Of a DNA stretch of 64,000 bases, positions 37,681 to 51,783 are shown one piece after another (within the stretch, counting starts at the first letter, position 1; each line of letters begins with the position of its first letter). Where the stretch lies: contig NC_043005.1 in the NCBI RefSeq assembly GCF_006345805.1, positions 36,084,001-36,148,000 on the forward strand, in the 5' to 3' direction. The position numbers and the translations under genes are program-made. Origin of the DNA: Octopus sinensis. Taxonomy: Eukaryota. The notes beneath the pieces are model-generated. The model was not told where the DNA came from. It was given only the letters and a program-made list of their open reading frames with translations, and did no database searches.

Positions 37681-39324
37681 CGTCCTGTAAGGCTCAGGCA
37701 AAAACGCTATGAAAGGAGCTTCAACACATGTCTAGAAGCGGTGATCTGTCAAAAAGTTTACGCTGTAAAGGTGGACCCATCTCTTAAGGTCATTGCCAAA
37801 ACGAATAACAAAGCCAAAAACAAAAAAAAAAAGAAAAACCAAGCAGTAAAAAAGTACTATAGACAAATGACGACGACTGCAATGAAGTGATATACGCAAG
37901 CAACAATGCAACACTTCTAAAAACACATAGGAATAAACTCATACAGTAAATATCCAATAAAATGAAGAGCTCCCACAGTCGTTAAAAATAGAGTACCAGT
38001 CAAATGCTTGTGTCCATATAATCAACAATTCTACTCCTTCCCATTTCAAGCGTTCTGACTTCATTAGAAACCACATTCTTTTACTCTGCCATAGAGGCCC
38101 GATACTTAACAGAACACAACCCGCACTACACACCCAACACACAATACAAGCACTAATACAACAGAAACCTCAAACCAAGCCCTGTAACAAAGCATACTGA
38201 TGCATTACAGTACAAAAGTAAAAAAAAAAAGATGGTGCACTCACCCCAGCAGTACCTTCTTTGTTACACTGCCTGAAATACCATCTCGCAGCTGCAGGAA
38301 TTGTTAGTATCCCACACTTATATTTGAATGTTGCTATCTTCTGGATTATGAGGTGTGGGGTAATTAGAATCGTTGCAGCATCGGAGAATATAACCCGCAA
38401 TATTTGATCCAATTTTTGAGTGTCTAAGTTCAAATTCTACAACGGACAACTTTATCTATTATTCATTTTGAGTCGTTAAAAATAGGGTACTAGTCAAATG
38501 CATTTGTGTCCATATAATCAACAAATCTACTCTTTGCCATTTCAGGCGTTCCGACTTAATTAGAAGCTATATTCGTTTACTCTTATGGTTGCTATTTCAA
38601 ACACATTGCTTTGGGTTCTTTTTCGATTTCAATTGTTAAATAATGAATTTACTTAACTTTTATTCACTTATTTTCTAGTTTACTTAATATATATTACCTT
38701 ATAACTAACATGTTCTATGGAAATTGATGATTTTCCTTCAAGTTCTGAATTTCTACAGTAGTACACTGAGATGGTTTTAACCCAAATTATTTCCTTGATA
38801 TCTCCGAGACACAGATTCACTGGTGCTACAAGAGACTACAAACAAGAGTTTACGTGTTGTGAGGATATCAGTTCATTAGTTTATCAATATTATCTTTTCT
38901 TTTCATAAATCTCTGCTATTATCAGCTCCGTTAGTTCTATATTAACTACCATCAGATACGCTCTATCTTCTTGCCATAATTATCAGAACAAAACATTTTC
39001 TTCGAACTTTTCATTAATATTCATTTTCTCTTGCTTCTATTCCACACGATTCCAACACTGTTGTTGGTGTTATTAGTATAGCACAATTGTTGTTGTTGCT
39101 GTTATCTAAAACTGGATAGACTCTCATTAAACATATTTATGATCAAAAGCATTCCAATCGTAACCATTCTGCCTTATTAAAAGGATATAAGACTACGTCG
39201 TCCAGTGTATTATTACATACTGCAAAAGGGTGATATTGGAAGGCATTTGGCTGCTACTTCTACCAGGTTGAGAGGCTAGGCTGAGACTCCCTCAGTGGCT
39301 CCTTAGTAATGTTGTTATGACATA

Positions 39325-39530
39325 TAAGGCGGTGAGCTGGCAGAATCGTGAGCAGGCCGGGCAAAAAGCTTAGCGGCATTTCGACAGAAAGATTTCAAAA
39401 TCCACCGAGGTCGATTTTGCCTTTCATCCTTTCTGCGTCTATAAAATAAGTACCAGTAGAATACTGGGGTAGATGTAATCGACTTATCCCTTCTCTCGAA
39501 ATTGCTGGTCTTGTGCCAAAAATTTCAAAT
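39325..39530 (+). mobile_element. SINE family B
   Basis: GGCGGTGAGCTGGCAGAATCG head and GCCTTTCATCC body. Confidence 0.8.
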
Positions 39531-39779
39531 CTATGTTGTTATGACATGTGATAGAGAGAAAAGCTGGTGGTGCGACCTGTTTTATAAGTCATAGAGGTTA
39601 TGACTATGACCTTTAGAAACCCTCTGTAATTCTCTTCAAAACAGCTGAACTAGAGTTCAAATTGTAAGAGCTCTTTCTACACGGCATTTGGTATCTGTCT
39701 TCGACTAACAGTTTGACCTCAGAACACACACTAAACGGCCACGACCGACCAACAAACTGAAGTTTTACGACCATAAAGC

Positions 39780-40200
39780 ACCTTTATCGTTTACTTGTTT
39801 CATTCATTGAACTGTGGTCATGCCGAGAAACCGCCTTGAAGTGTTAAATATATTAAAAGTTTGGTACTTATTTTATCGGATTCTTTTGGCGAATCGTTAA
39901 GTTACAGGAACGTGAACAAGCTAACGCCGATTGACCAGCTCTAGTGGGAGCGACAGACACATACAAAAAGACACGCGCGCGCACACACACGCACGCACGC
40001 ACACACACACGCACACACACACACATACACACACACACGCACAAGCATATACGACGAGCTTTTTTTCAGTTTCCATCTACCAAATCTACTCACAAGACAT
40101 TGGTCGACCCGGGGCTATAGTAGAAAACATATGCTCAAGGTACCATGCAGTAGGACTGATCCATGTAGTTGTGAATTGAACATCTTACCACACAGACACA
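39780..40200 (-). mobile_element. SINE family A
   Basis: Reverse complement of the family A body with internal (CA)n. Confidence 0.75.
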
Positions 40201-40588
40201 TGTCTTTGCATGATGTGTTTTACATTTTGAATTTCTCAGAAGTTACCTAAAAAAGTCATGAAGTTAAAGTAGATATAGATAGTGACGAAGTCTAATTTTA
40301 TTTTCTGTAATTAAGTTAATGTTCACTTATATATGTGATAAATATAAAAGAATATCCAATTAAAAATAATAAAATTGTAACAAAATGACACCATAGCTCA
40401 ATGCTTAACATTGGTAAGATCATTTCGTAAACTACGGAAGATACCTCAGAACATATTTCTGCCGTATTACACCTCTTCAGCTACGAGGAAGTAACGTCGA
40501 GATTATTACTAAATAGATGTACAATATGACACAGGAGTGGGCGTGAAGTATGTCTGTATAACTGCAGATCTATCTATCTATCTATCTG

Positions 40589-40667
<79 letters not shown>

Positions 40668-40728
40668 GTCTGTCCGTCTATCTATCTATATAGGCGCAGG
40701 AGTAGCTGTATGGTAAGAAGCTTGCTTC

Positions 40729-42560
40729 TACTGCGCATGTGCGAATAATTGTGGTGTTCGGCACCAAAGAGGTGAGACATGCTCTTGAAGCCGTCTGGAA
40801 TTGAAAGGTAAGATTCTGTTTTTTGGGTCTAGTGGGAATTTTTGTTGAGAATTGTTTTTGTACAGGCAGGAATTCCTATTGGATTCAGAATTCTGATTCT
40901 GCCGACATGGGGCAAATAATTTTTCTCGCTGAATTGTGAGAATTTTTGTTTGGGGGCGTATTCGTCTTCGGTTTATGTTGAGTGAATATTTTTCTCACTT
41001 AATTATGAGAATTATTGCTTGTATTGTGCCTTTTGAAGACCTTTAATAATTGTGAGAACTGCTGTATGGGGGAGTGTTTTGCCTCCGAAGATTGAACAAT
41101 TTGTATATCAATTTTTGTGGAAGTTGTGTTCCAGTTGTGGCGTTCCGGGTTCAACCTAGGCCGGGAGTACCGAATGGCCGGAAGATTTTTTTTTTTTGCT
41201 GTGTTCCTGAACTATTGACTTTCTTCTAAACTTTATTTGACTTTCTCCTTTTTGTTTATTGTGACTTTCTTTCAATTTCTTTTTTCTTCTCGCTTTTTAA
41301 GTTTTATTTTGAATATATTCCAGAAAAAAAAGAAAAGAAACATGGCAATGAAAAATGACAAAATTTTGGAATGGGAGATTACACCGCCTAAAAAGTGGTT
41401 AAAAGACCGTGAAGATAGGACGGTGGTGTTGAGAACCTACTCCAAGGCACTCGACACCATCGCCCTATTCGAAAAGACGGCAATTGAAAAGGAGTTGGCA
41501 GAGTATTTGCCAACAATTAAATTCATTTCCAGGGGTGTCAGATATGCAACGGTGTGGTTGCTATTTGACACCCCTGAAGAGGCTCGCAAATTTGCTAGTC
41601 AACCCCTGGAGGGTAAGGAAATTTTATTTCTTCCCACGATTCATGGGAAGAGGGGGCTGCCACCCGGGATAAAACCCGAGTGGATAGAGGAGACTATCCG
41701 CCGGGGTCTGGGTGGCAGCGGGACCAAGCTTCTTAATGTGAAAGTTCTTCCAGCGGCTGTTTGGGTTGGGTCAAAAGCAATTTTGACCCTTTGGACCCAA
41801 TCAGCGAATCTGGTTTGCCAGATTTTTTGAAAATGGCCGGGTGCAGGTACCCGTGGTACTTGAGGGTCGCCCCCCCAGGTGTCATCGGTGCCTGGAGTCC
41901 GGCCATATAAAGAAAAACTGTCCCCGGGAACAAAATAAGATCCCGGAGCAGTTAGGTGAAACCCCTGTAGAAGAGGGAATGAAGACGGCCGAGGAAGCGG
42001 AGGACTCCTCAAACAGGGGCCGAAAGAGGAAGAAGGTGAGCGACAATGTGTGTTCACCAAAGGATCCTAGGGATGAGGAGGGAAAGGCGAATCTTCCGGC
42101 CACGGAGGAGACGCACCCTTCCTCAGTTGAAAAGAAAAAAAGAGGAAGAGGAAGAGAAACGGGATATTGTCGGCAGTCGGTGACATAGTACCGGAATGTC
42201 CCGGAAATACGTCGGTTGGGGTTGTGCCACCGACAGGAGAAGAAACACCGTTGGCGGGAACTGTGCCGCCAATGAAAGAATTGAATATTCCGCCCCCGGG
42301 GAAAGACGATGTATTGCTCTTCTTCCATAGAGGCGGAGAGATTGAAAAGGTGATGGAAAAGCACCATAAGGGAGCACCTTCAGCCTTCACACAGGACCCC
42401 GAATGGCCTCCGCAGATAGCTGTGGAGTCCACGACGTTCGACGTGACGTTTGAGCTGGAGGAGCTCAATGAGGAATATTTGCTTGTTCCCGGGCAACGCT
42501 AACACGGAACTCGATGTGGTTTTGGAAGAGGCGTGGAGGATGGCAGAGGATGCGGGCACT
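40729..42560 (+). mobile_element. Tx1/L1-like ORF1 (gag-like, CCHC zinc knuckle) with 5' leader; frameshifted, no ORF2 seen
   Basis: ATG at 41342 (MAMKNDK...). VLEGRPPRCHRCLESGHIKKNCP is CX2CX4HX4C and lies in a shifted frame. Homologous to 59160-60250. Confidence 0.75.
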
Positions 42561-42924
42561 AGTTATTTTGAGGATGAGTCATAAATTGTGACACTGTGTG
42601 ACACAAACATTTGATAATAGGCACTTCGCTTTCTTTCTGAACTCTCCGGCTGTCAACGTGGTCTGCTCTGCTGGCGGCTAGATATTTGACTGGAGGTCCG
42701 GAAAGAGGAGGAAGGGAGAAGTGATAATGTATTTTTTACGTTTGATAGAACATGTTTAGATACGACTTGAGGGGCCCCGACCTAGAGCTGGCGCATTCCT
42801 AAGGGAAGTGTAAGCCAGGTCTGGGAGGAGGAGCTTTGTGTATTGTATTTATATTATATGTAATTATTGAACTATGTTGTCTTTCTAGCTGGGGGACAAA
42901 CGCACACACAAAGACACACACACA

Positions 42925-42977
<53 letters not shown>

Positions 42978-43989
42978 CCCACACACACCCACCCACACAC
43001 GCGCACACACGCTATATACGACGGGTTTCTGTCTACCAAATTTACTCACAGGTCTTAGCTCGAGGTTATAGTAAAAGACATTTGCCCAAGGTATTACGAC
43101 TGGTGAGACATACAATGGTTTGTTATAGGTTCCTGAAGTATCAGCGAGCTTCTAGTTTTCTATATTTATAGCAATGGAAAGTATAAGGGAGTGTGTAGCT
43201 TGGCGCGGCGGAACAAATATTATAAGGAATTTCATCGGAATGCACCAGGTTTTCGATGTCCTAGACGATGATTACGTCCTCAACAGAAATAAATCGACAA
43301 AAGATTTATATAAACACATTTCTGTCTTTCTACTTGTCTCTCTGGCTGCCTGTGTGTCTCCGTGTCCATATGTATTTATATCTATATGTATGCGTGTGTA
43401 TGTTTTTATGTATGTTTCAATGTATGTATGCATATATTTATGTATGAACGAATATACGTATGTATGGATATAAATACGCGCGTGTGTATGTGAGCGTAAG
43501 AGTGAGTGTGTTGCGTATATTTGTGTAAGAACATATACGTATATATCTAAGGATGTATATATGTTCATATACATACTTACATATATACATACATATATAT
43601 GTTTGATATACATACATACATACATACATACATACATACATACATGCATACACACACACACACATATATATATATATAAGCACATGAACATATGTGCGTG
43701 CGTGCGTGTGTGTCTGCTTGTCTGTCTATCAGTCTCAGTGTTTGCATTTACGTATATTTGCTTGTGTGTATATTTCTAAACTATAATTCTTCGGACTGTC
43801 TGTCTCAGGGCCATTCCTTAGAAAATCTATATCTATGAATTATGTGGTTAAGTTCTACCATTAAGATAGAACATGGCACCAGTGGCGAAGAACTTTCAAA
43901 GGAACCAACTTATTGAAGTTTGTTGTCGCTATGTATGTATGTATGTAGGTAGGTAGATAGGTATGTACGTACATATGCACGTAAGTTGG

Positions 43990-44044
<55 letters not shown>

Positions 44045-44194
44045 GCACGCATGTACGTACGCATGTATGTATATATGTATGTGTATGTGTGTGTATGTAT
44101 ATATATATATGTGTGCATGTATGTATATTATGTTTGTATGTACTAATGGATATATATATGTATATGCATAAATATGTATGCATGCATGTATACT

Positions 44195-44237
<43 letters not shown>

Positions 44238-44388
44238 GCATATAAGTACATATATAGGTGTATGAATGTTTCTGTATATATATATATGTGTATATATGTA
44301 TATATGTACATATATATGAATATATATATATATATATATTCATATATATGTATGTCTTTGTCTCTGTCTGTCTGTCTGTCTGTCTGTC

Positions 44389-44445
<57 letters not shown>

Positions 44446-45249
44446 GGTATGATGTGACAAAGATAGTGAAAGAGAATTGTTTTATTTGTGTTGAATAGAC
44501 AAATGCACACATAACTCTCCGTACACTTGGAGACAACGAGAGGTCAAATTTGATTTGTTTGTTTTTATCAGATGTAAACAACAGCCGAGATATATCTAAG
44601 TTTGAAACCTAATTTAGCAAACAAAAACTGAACTATCTGCAAAACAAAAAGAAAATGTTCCGGGTGAGAAATCAGGAAAGAGAGATTGATTGCCACAATT
44701 TTAGGTTAAAGGTTCATTTTGTGTATGGACATCAAGTAGTTGAGCAGACGATAAAGAGAATCTTCAAAGACAGGATATTAAAACGAAGGAATCAACACTA
44801 AGAGAGAGAAATACATAACGGCTTTCAGGAGAAAAGCAAATGTAAAGAAAATGGTGGCCGGAATATCGTTTGACTTTGCGCGAAAGATTTGTTGTTGTCG
44901 TTATTATGTCGGTTTTTTTTTATATTTGTTTGCTTTTAGCGTGTTTCATTTTCTTTACTTCTCGTTTAGTGATATTAGTGTTGTGATCCTTGCTTGATTA
45001 TTTATGAGTAAAGTAGGAGATAATAACTTCGCAAATTAGAATAGACGAGAGATTTCTGTTTATGTTGTTGTTGATGTTGTTTTTGATGTTCGTAATGGTA
45101 GTGTAGTTATTTGTCTTCGTACGGTTGTCGTCTTCGTGGCTCTAGTTGTGAAATAACTTCGAGCTCTCATCATTGTTGGTGTTTATTATTATTACTAATA
45201 ACTATTTTATTCATGTCGTCGTCTCGTCTTCTAGGATAAACCACCGCAC

Positions 45250-45740
45250 ACCTACACTCTGTCATATTCACACGTACTGTCACTCTCACACATACTCACA
45301 CACACCTACACACGCATCATTATGCATATACAACGTCACACACACACACACACCTTCTCATACACACAGACACACACCGTCTCATGCACACACATCGTAT
45401 CACACAATATTTCATATACACACCATCACATTCGCACACATTCATACATACTGTCATTCACATACATACATACTCACACACACACACTCACACACACACT
45501 CACACACACACACACACTCACACACACATCACACACCGTCCTCTCTCTCACACACACATCACCCCGTCACACATACACACACACGCACACACATACAGAC
45601 TCGCACACACACACTCACACACCGTGCAACACACTCACACACTCACTCACTCACACACACACACACAAACAAACACACACACACACAAACAAACACACAC
45701 ACACTCACACACACTTACGCACACACACGCACACACACGG
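45250..45740. repeat. Degenerate (CA)-rich array
   Basis: Visible directly. Confidence 0.9.
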
Positions 45741-48229
45741 AGTGTAATATAACACTTCAAACAATGTCTGAGCATTCAGGAAACGAAGATCTCCTGCCTT
45801 TTATATCCACTGGACACAAGCAATACACTCCATAACTTTTACGACTATTAGAACTGTCTGTCACCGTCATCAAAACAGTTTAAAACGACTTAAAACGACT
45901 TAAAATGACTTAAAATGACTACACTAAATTTATTTCATTACCAAACTTTGCTTCCAAACGAATATTTTCCTCAGGACGTTCTAATGTTAAAATTCTATTG
46001 TTACTTAACAGTTCTTGCCAAATCCAAATGTTTCCGCTAATCTTGACCTGAAGCATTCATAACTACATTGCCATCGATTTCTTTTCCTTTCTATTTGACG
46101 ACGACGACGACGACGACGACAACAACAACAACCATAACAAGGAGAATTATATTTCTCTTCTGTCGGGGGTTAGCAGTCTAGATGTTAAAATTACAAATGG
46201 GTATTTCTCATGTATCCATTCTACTTCTTTGCTTCTGGCAAGGTACGTAGCGACTCCATTGAGGCAGTTGACGTTGGCTTCTATCTCCTTTTATCCCTTT
46301 CGATCAATCTCATAAAACTAAATTCAGTTTCGTTATCTCAATCCAAATCTTCCTGGTCATTTTAACTATCGCAAACGGTCTCCCTAACCCCTTTTACTTG
46401 AGTTCGTGAGGTGAGCATTGCCAATAGCCTCTTGGCGCTTTTCTAGTCTAGAACAAAGGGATAATAAATTATATTAGTATAACTATTGTATTAAATCGTA
46501 TAATCTGAGTGATGAACAGCGTTTTGATGGCGGTATGTTGCACAAGATTTCAATTACAACACCACCACCGCCCACTTTTTTTAAACACTTCAAATTTTAT
46601 TTTTGCATTAAATTTCATACCTCCTGTCATTTAGCAGGAACTATTACGGGTCACATAACGTGTTGCTGTTTAAATATACTTCATATTGTTGTCGTCGGTT
46701 GGATAGAGAAATTCTGCTGTCACAAAATGTAACGTCAAAAATTCTGTTGTGTTTTAAAGTATTTAACAAAAGTCACACAGTAACTGAGTGATAATTATTT
46801 TATCATCCCCGGAAGGATGTATGGTAAAGTCAAATCACAGGAGGAGTTGAACTCAGAACTTAAAATAAACTGCTCTTTGGCTGCTAATTTTAGCAGATCG
46901 AATGACTAATTATATGATCTCTCGTTTGCTAAGATGTTAGAAGTTTTGTTTGGAGGCAGAATAAATCTAGTGTAAGGAAACTGTGAAGCAGATAAGGAAA
47001 TTGGCCGTCTGTTTCATAATAACTATTTTGGAAGAGAATATTAAATTACTGAGTCACAAGACTAGCTAGTAAGGGACAGTGACAATTGTAGTAGTGGTTG
47101 TAAAGGCGACGGGATGAGACTCAAGTCTTTGAGTTAGAGGTTGGAGTGTGCTGGTGACTCCACACAGATCAGTCGGTCGTTTTTCCTTTGGAAACACTCT
47201 GAGATGTTTCTGCATGTGTAGAAGCAGCACCGTCCCAGAAGCGGGAACATTACCGCATGATCTTTGGAGAGGCATGATTTCATAAACTACAAAAGACAAT
47301 AGGAATGAATTTTAAGTTTAGCTACCATACTGGTATAGTCAGTTGACGTTTCTTGCACACATTTTGGAGGTTGACAAGAAGCTCCACAAAAAAAAAACAA
47401 AAACAAACAATCATGATAGTTATGCATAAAAAGAAAAAAAACAAAAAAAAAAACAAAACAAAAACAAAAACAAAAGCAATAATGCATTACGTGATCCCTC
47501 TAATGGTCACAGCCATTATAAGGGAGTTAATAATTTTGTCATAATTACAAGGAAGATTAGAAATTTGAAAATCGAAATAAAGAATTACAAGGAAAAGTAT
47601 GCATAAAATTTACATTATTAATTTTATTCTTTACTTTAAATTCTTAAAATTCCTAGTCAGCTACATGAAGACAACATGACAACCTTCCAAACTTCGTCAG
47701 CGCAATACCAAAGGCCTTGTAACATTTTTCTTCTGCACCCTTATTTCTGCGTAACTTTCAATTTTGAGTTTCTCACCTTCAATATAATCAATCCATCCCA
47801 CCATCTTGTTCATTATCGTCTGCTGTTTCTTTTGCAAACCCATCAGAATTCATCTTGATAGTTTTATCACTTACCTGTATCCACGCATTCTCTAGACGTG
47901 TCTGTCTTGTTCAATTCATTGCAGCGAATTCTTAATAAATTTGGTAATGTGACTAAGCTGTTTTGTTTGTATATCTATCAAATCGTTTCAAAATATATCG
48001 CAGAACCCGTAGAGTCGTTCTTAACTAGCTTTTTTTTCCAGTTCTTTGTTAGTTTCCCTGTGAGATAATGCCATTGGTTAAAAAAAAAAACACGATGAAC
48101 AAAAAAAAAAAACGATATTCTCAGACTTAGCGCTGTTTGGATTTCAAGCGGCTCAATGAAAAAAAATAGGGTTTAATCACCAGTGTGGCCACCACTCCAA
48201 CAAAAATTGCTGCTTGCTTTGTTTGCTTG

Positions 48230-48960
48230 TTTTTTTCATTTGTTTCTTCAATTCTTTCTTTCTTTCTATCTTTCTTTTTATTTTTCATTCTTTCCTTCCT
48301 CCCCCTTTTTCCTTATCCTTCGTCTTTCATTCGTTCGTTCCTTCCGTGCTTTTTTCCTTCGTTTTCCTCTCATTTCTTCAGTTATTCGTTACGTTGGCTT
48401 TCGTTCGTGCATTTGTTAGTTCGTAACATTCCCTTCTTCCTTCCTTTTCGTTTCTTATTTCTTTCCTTTTGCAATCATTCATTCTTTCATTATCTTCCTT
48501 TCTTGCTTCATTCTCCATTCCTACCTTTCTGCATTTCTTTCTTCTTTTCCTTCCTTCCTTCCTCCTCGTCCTTCCTCCCTTTCTTACGTCCTTCCTTCTT
48601 TTCTTTCTTCTTCCTTTCTTTCTTTTTCTTTTTTCTTTCCCTTCTTCCTCCTGTCACCTTCCTTTTCCTTCTTCCTTCCTTTCCTTTCTTCCTCTTTCTT
48701 TCCTTTTTTCTTTCTTTTCTTTCTTTCAGCTTCCTTTCCTTCTTCCTTCATTCCTTCCTTTTCCTTCCTTCCTTTTTCTTTCTTTCTTTCTTTCTTTCCT
48801 TTCTTCTTCCTTCCCCTCCTTCTTCCTTCCTTCCTTTCTTTCTTTCTTTCTTTGACAATCATCCTTCCTTCCTTCCTTCCTTCCTCCTTCCTTCCTTCGT
48901 TCCTCCTTTCTTCTTTCCTACCCTTCCTCCCTCTTTCCCCTCTCTCCTTTGCTATCTCAC
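48230..48960. repeat. ~730-bp polypyrimidine (TTCC/TTTC) tract
   Basis: Visible directly; source of the F/S/L-rich pseudo-ORFs. Confidence 0.95.
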
Positions 48961-49855
48961 CATTTGGTAATGGTAGCTGTAACTGTTTATTTTTTTACTA
49001 AAGTGATCTTCATTCAAGTTTAATATCGGAAAATTATAAGCACACATACAGAACACCACCCCCACACGCACATCAATTTATATATTTACATGCACACATA
49101 GATACATACAAACATATATACATACATATATACTTACATGCCCACACACATATAATATATATATACACACATATAATATATATACACACATACAGATACG
49201 CACGCATACAATTATATCTGCGTGCGTTGTATTCGCGTAGTACATATATGTATGTAATTATACACATACACACACAGCGTGCCCCCCGACACGCATATAT
49301 ACACGTACATATATGTATGTAATGTGTGTATGTATTTGCGTATATCTATATATATACATAAAAATATAGTTATTCATATGTATATACAAGCATGTGTATG
49401 TACATACATATATAAATATGCACACACACACATATACATACTTACATGTATATATGTGTGTGTGTTTGTGTGTGAGTGTATAAGTGTGCATGTGTGTGTA
49501 TATGTATGCGTTTATAAATAAGTCCATAAATGTACACACATATACACACACACTTATATCGTCTATGAAATCTGACTTTGTATATACGTTATCTTGTTCG
49601 AAATTTAGTTTCTCTCTTTCTATATTTGTATATTAACTTTGTTCTAATTTATTCTTTTCTAACTAAATATCTTTAAGTTGATCTTCAGCTAACAAGTCAC
49701 TGAGTGTAACCCCACTAACATATTATTTACTTGTCCGTAACACACATACATATAGTGTATGGGTGTATGTGGTATATATAATGTGTATGTATATATATAT
49801 ATATATATACGTATGTATATATATGCACATAGTATATATATATATATATAATATA

Positions 49856-49886
<31 letters not shown>

Positions 49887-49939
49887 ATATGTATATATAT
49901 ATATAATATGTATGTATATATATGTATTATATATATATA

Positions 49940-50014
<75 letters not shown>

Positions 50015-50120
50015 TATGTATATATATATACGTATGTATATATATATACATATATATATATATGTTTGTATATATGTATAGTATATATTTATGTAGGCAT
50101 ATATATATATGTATATAAAT

Positions 50121-50154
<34 letters not shown>

Positions 50155-50781
50155 AATATTTTATAATTATTTACATAATTATAACAAGGGATCAGCTTTA
50201 TGCCTCACCACGCACTGCTAGAAATAGACGTTAACTTTCTATTTACCATCTTAAAATCTCCGAGAATTACACACTATATCGTAGGCATATATATATATGG
50301 ATGTATATATTCTTTTTTTTATTCTTTTTTATTTTTTTAAGTCATTTGACTGCACCCATGTTGGAGCACCGCCTTTAGTCGAACGAATCGACCCCAGGAC
50401 TTATTCTTTGTAAGCCTAGTACTTATCCTATCGGTCTCTTTTGATGAACCGCTAAGTTACGGGGACGTAAACACACCACTATCGGTATAACGATATTATA
50501 TAACGTTACTATATTTTTAGGTGTTTAACTTTATTAAGTTTTTATGAATTTTAAAAAACCAATAGTATCCTTAATTCACACACACACACAGATATACAAG
50601 TATAAACAAAGTAGATATGTGCGTAATATAGCCGACAGTTTATTCACCGCCCCCTGTATCTATATATATATATATATATATACTTACACCCTATATACCA
50701 CACACACACATATAAGCATTCCCACCACACTGGTAACTTACATCAGTATCTCTCATTATCCTTTTCCTTTCGATATATATG

Positions 50782-50829
<48 letters not shown>

Positions 50830-51538
50830 ATTGACATATATATTGTATTTGTCAAAGCGTGGCCTCTCTAAAATGTATGAATGAAGAACAGAGTCAAATA
50901 CATTCTTATAGTGTAATAATATTGTCAATCCCGCGGTCTTCGGCAATGCTGCTTTGTTGAAGACAGTTTCTTAAGCTCAACTCCAAACTCATTACTTTCC
51001 TCTTATTCATCTCTCAGTTATCATGTGTGTTTCGTAGTGATCTTGAAGAATTACATTGAGGACACCTTTTTGCAGTTTATCCCTTTAGCATTTAAACCGG
51101 TCATATTCAACTCATTTTATGCTGTTCAAACCAGTCAGATCCGGCCTCTTGCACATACCCTACAATGTCATTCTGAAAATACACAATCAGATTATCAAAA
51201 TCTAGATTCTATGAGACAATACATGATTACTTTAAGACAATGTGAATAAATAAGTATTATACCAGTGAGAATAACCTGAAAATCTAAGAGTTATATGTGA
51301 CTTTAGACAATGGTAACGGCTGGTATGTTTTGCTATATGTGTCCCTTGTTTCTTGGGTTTGAGGTTTGCCCTTGCAACTGTCATGTAGTCTGGAGTATTG
51401 TGTTCTCTTCCTATCTTTTATTACCCTTTTTTTAACGGGTTGTCAAGATCCTTCCAGTAGAATATGACAATTTTTATACTAATACCCAAATGTAATATCT
51501 ATCGTAGCTGATTTTTTCATTCTGAATTTTTGCAAATG

Positions 51539-51783
51539 TTATTGCTTTCTACGACGTATTCTGAGTAACTCTGCTAGGAGGGGTCATCTCAATCTCGCGC
51601 CCCTCCTTTTTCAACAGGTCCTTTTACTTTATTAAATCCTGAATTTCAAACTTTATCTCCTCTTTCGAAGCGCCGGCCGTAGCCGCAAAACTTTCGATAC
51701 TTTTCCTGTTATTCATTATCCTTTTTCCTCTTGACAGCTCCTCCTCTATGTTATCGTAAAATTCCATTGATTCACTCTCTGTC
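51539..51783 (-). mobile_element. Isolated 5' fragment of the Tx1-like ORF1 seen at 59160
   Basis: The reverse complement aligns with ~59160-59410 (GAGAGTGAATCAATGGAATT...GAATACGTCGTAGAAAG) with scattered substitutions. Confidence 0.85.

Noticed and set aside
37977-38567. ~95-bp direct repeat at 494-bp spacing
   Set aside because: Real but diverged. No LTR hallmarks (TG..CA, PBS, PPT) and no coding interior, so it is not called an element.
38760-39050. Possible mariner/Tc1 transposase remnant
   Set aside because: Only a vague EDR-like resemblance; no DDE motif or TIRs found.
45880-45920. 10-bp tandem repeat x4 (TAAAA(C/T)GACT)
   Set aside because: An ordinary short minisatellite with no functional context.
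48185-48970. 261-aa F/S/L-rich ORF resembling a membrane protein
   Set aside because: A by-product of the TC-rich tract.
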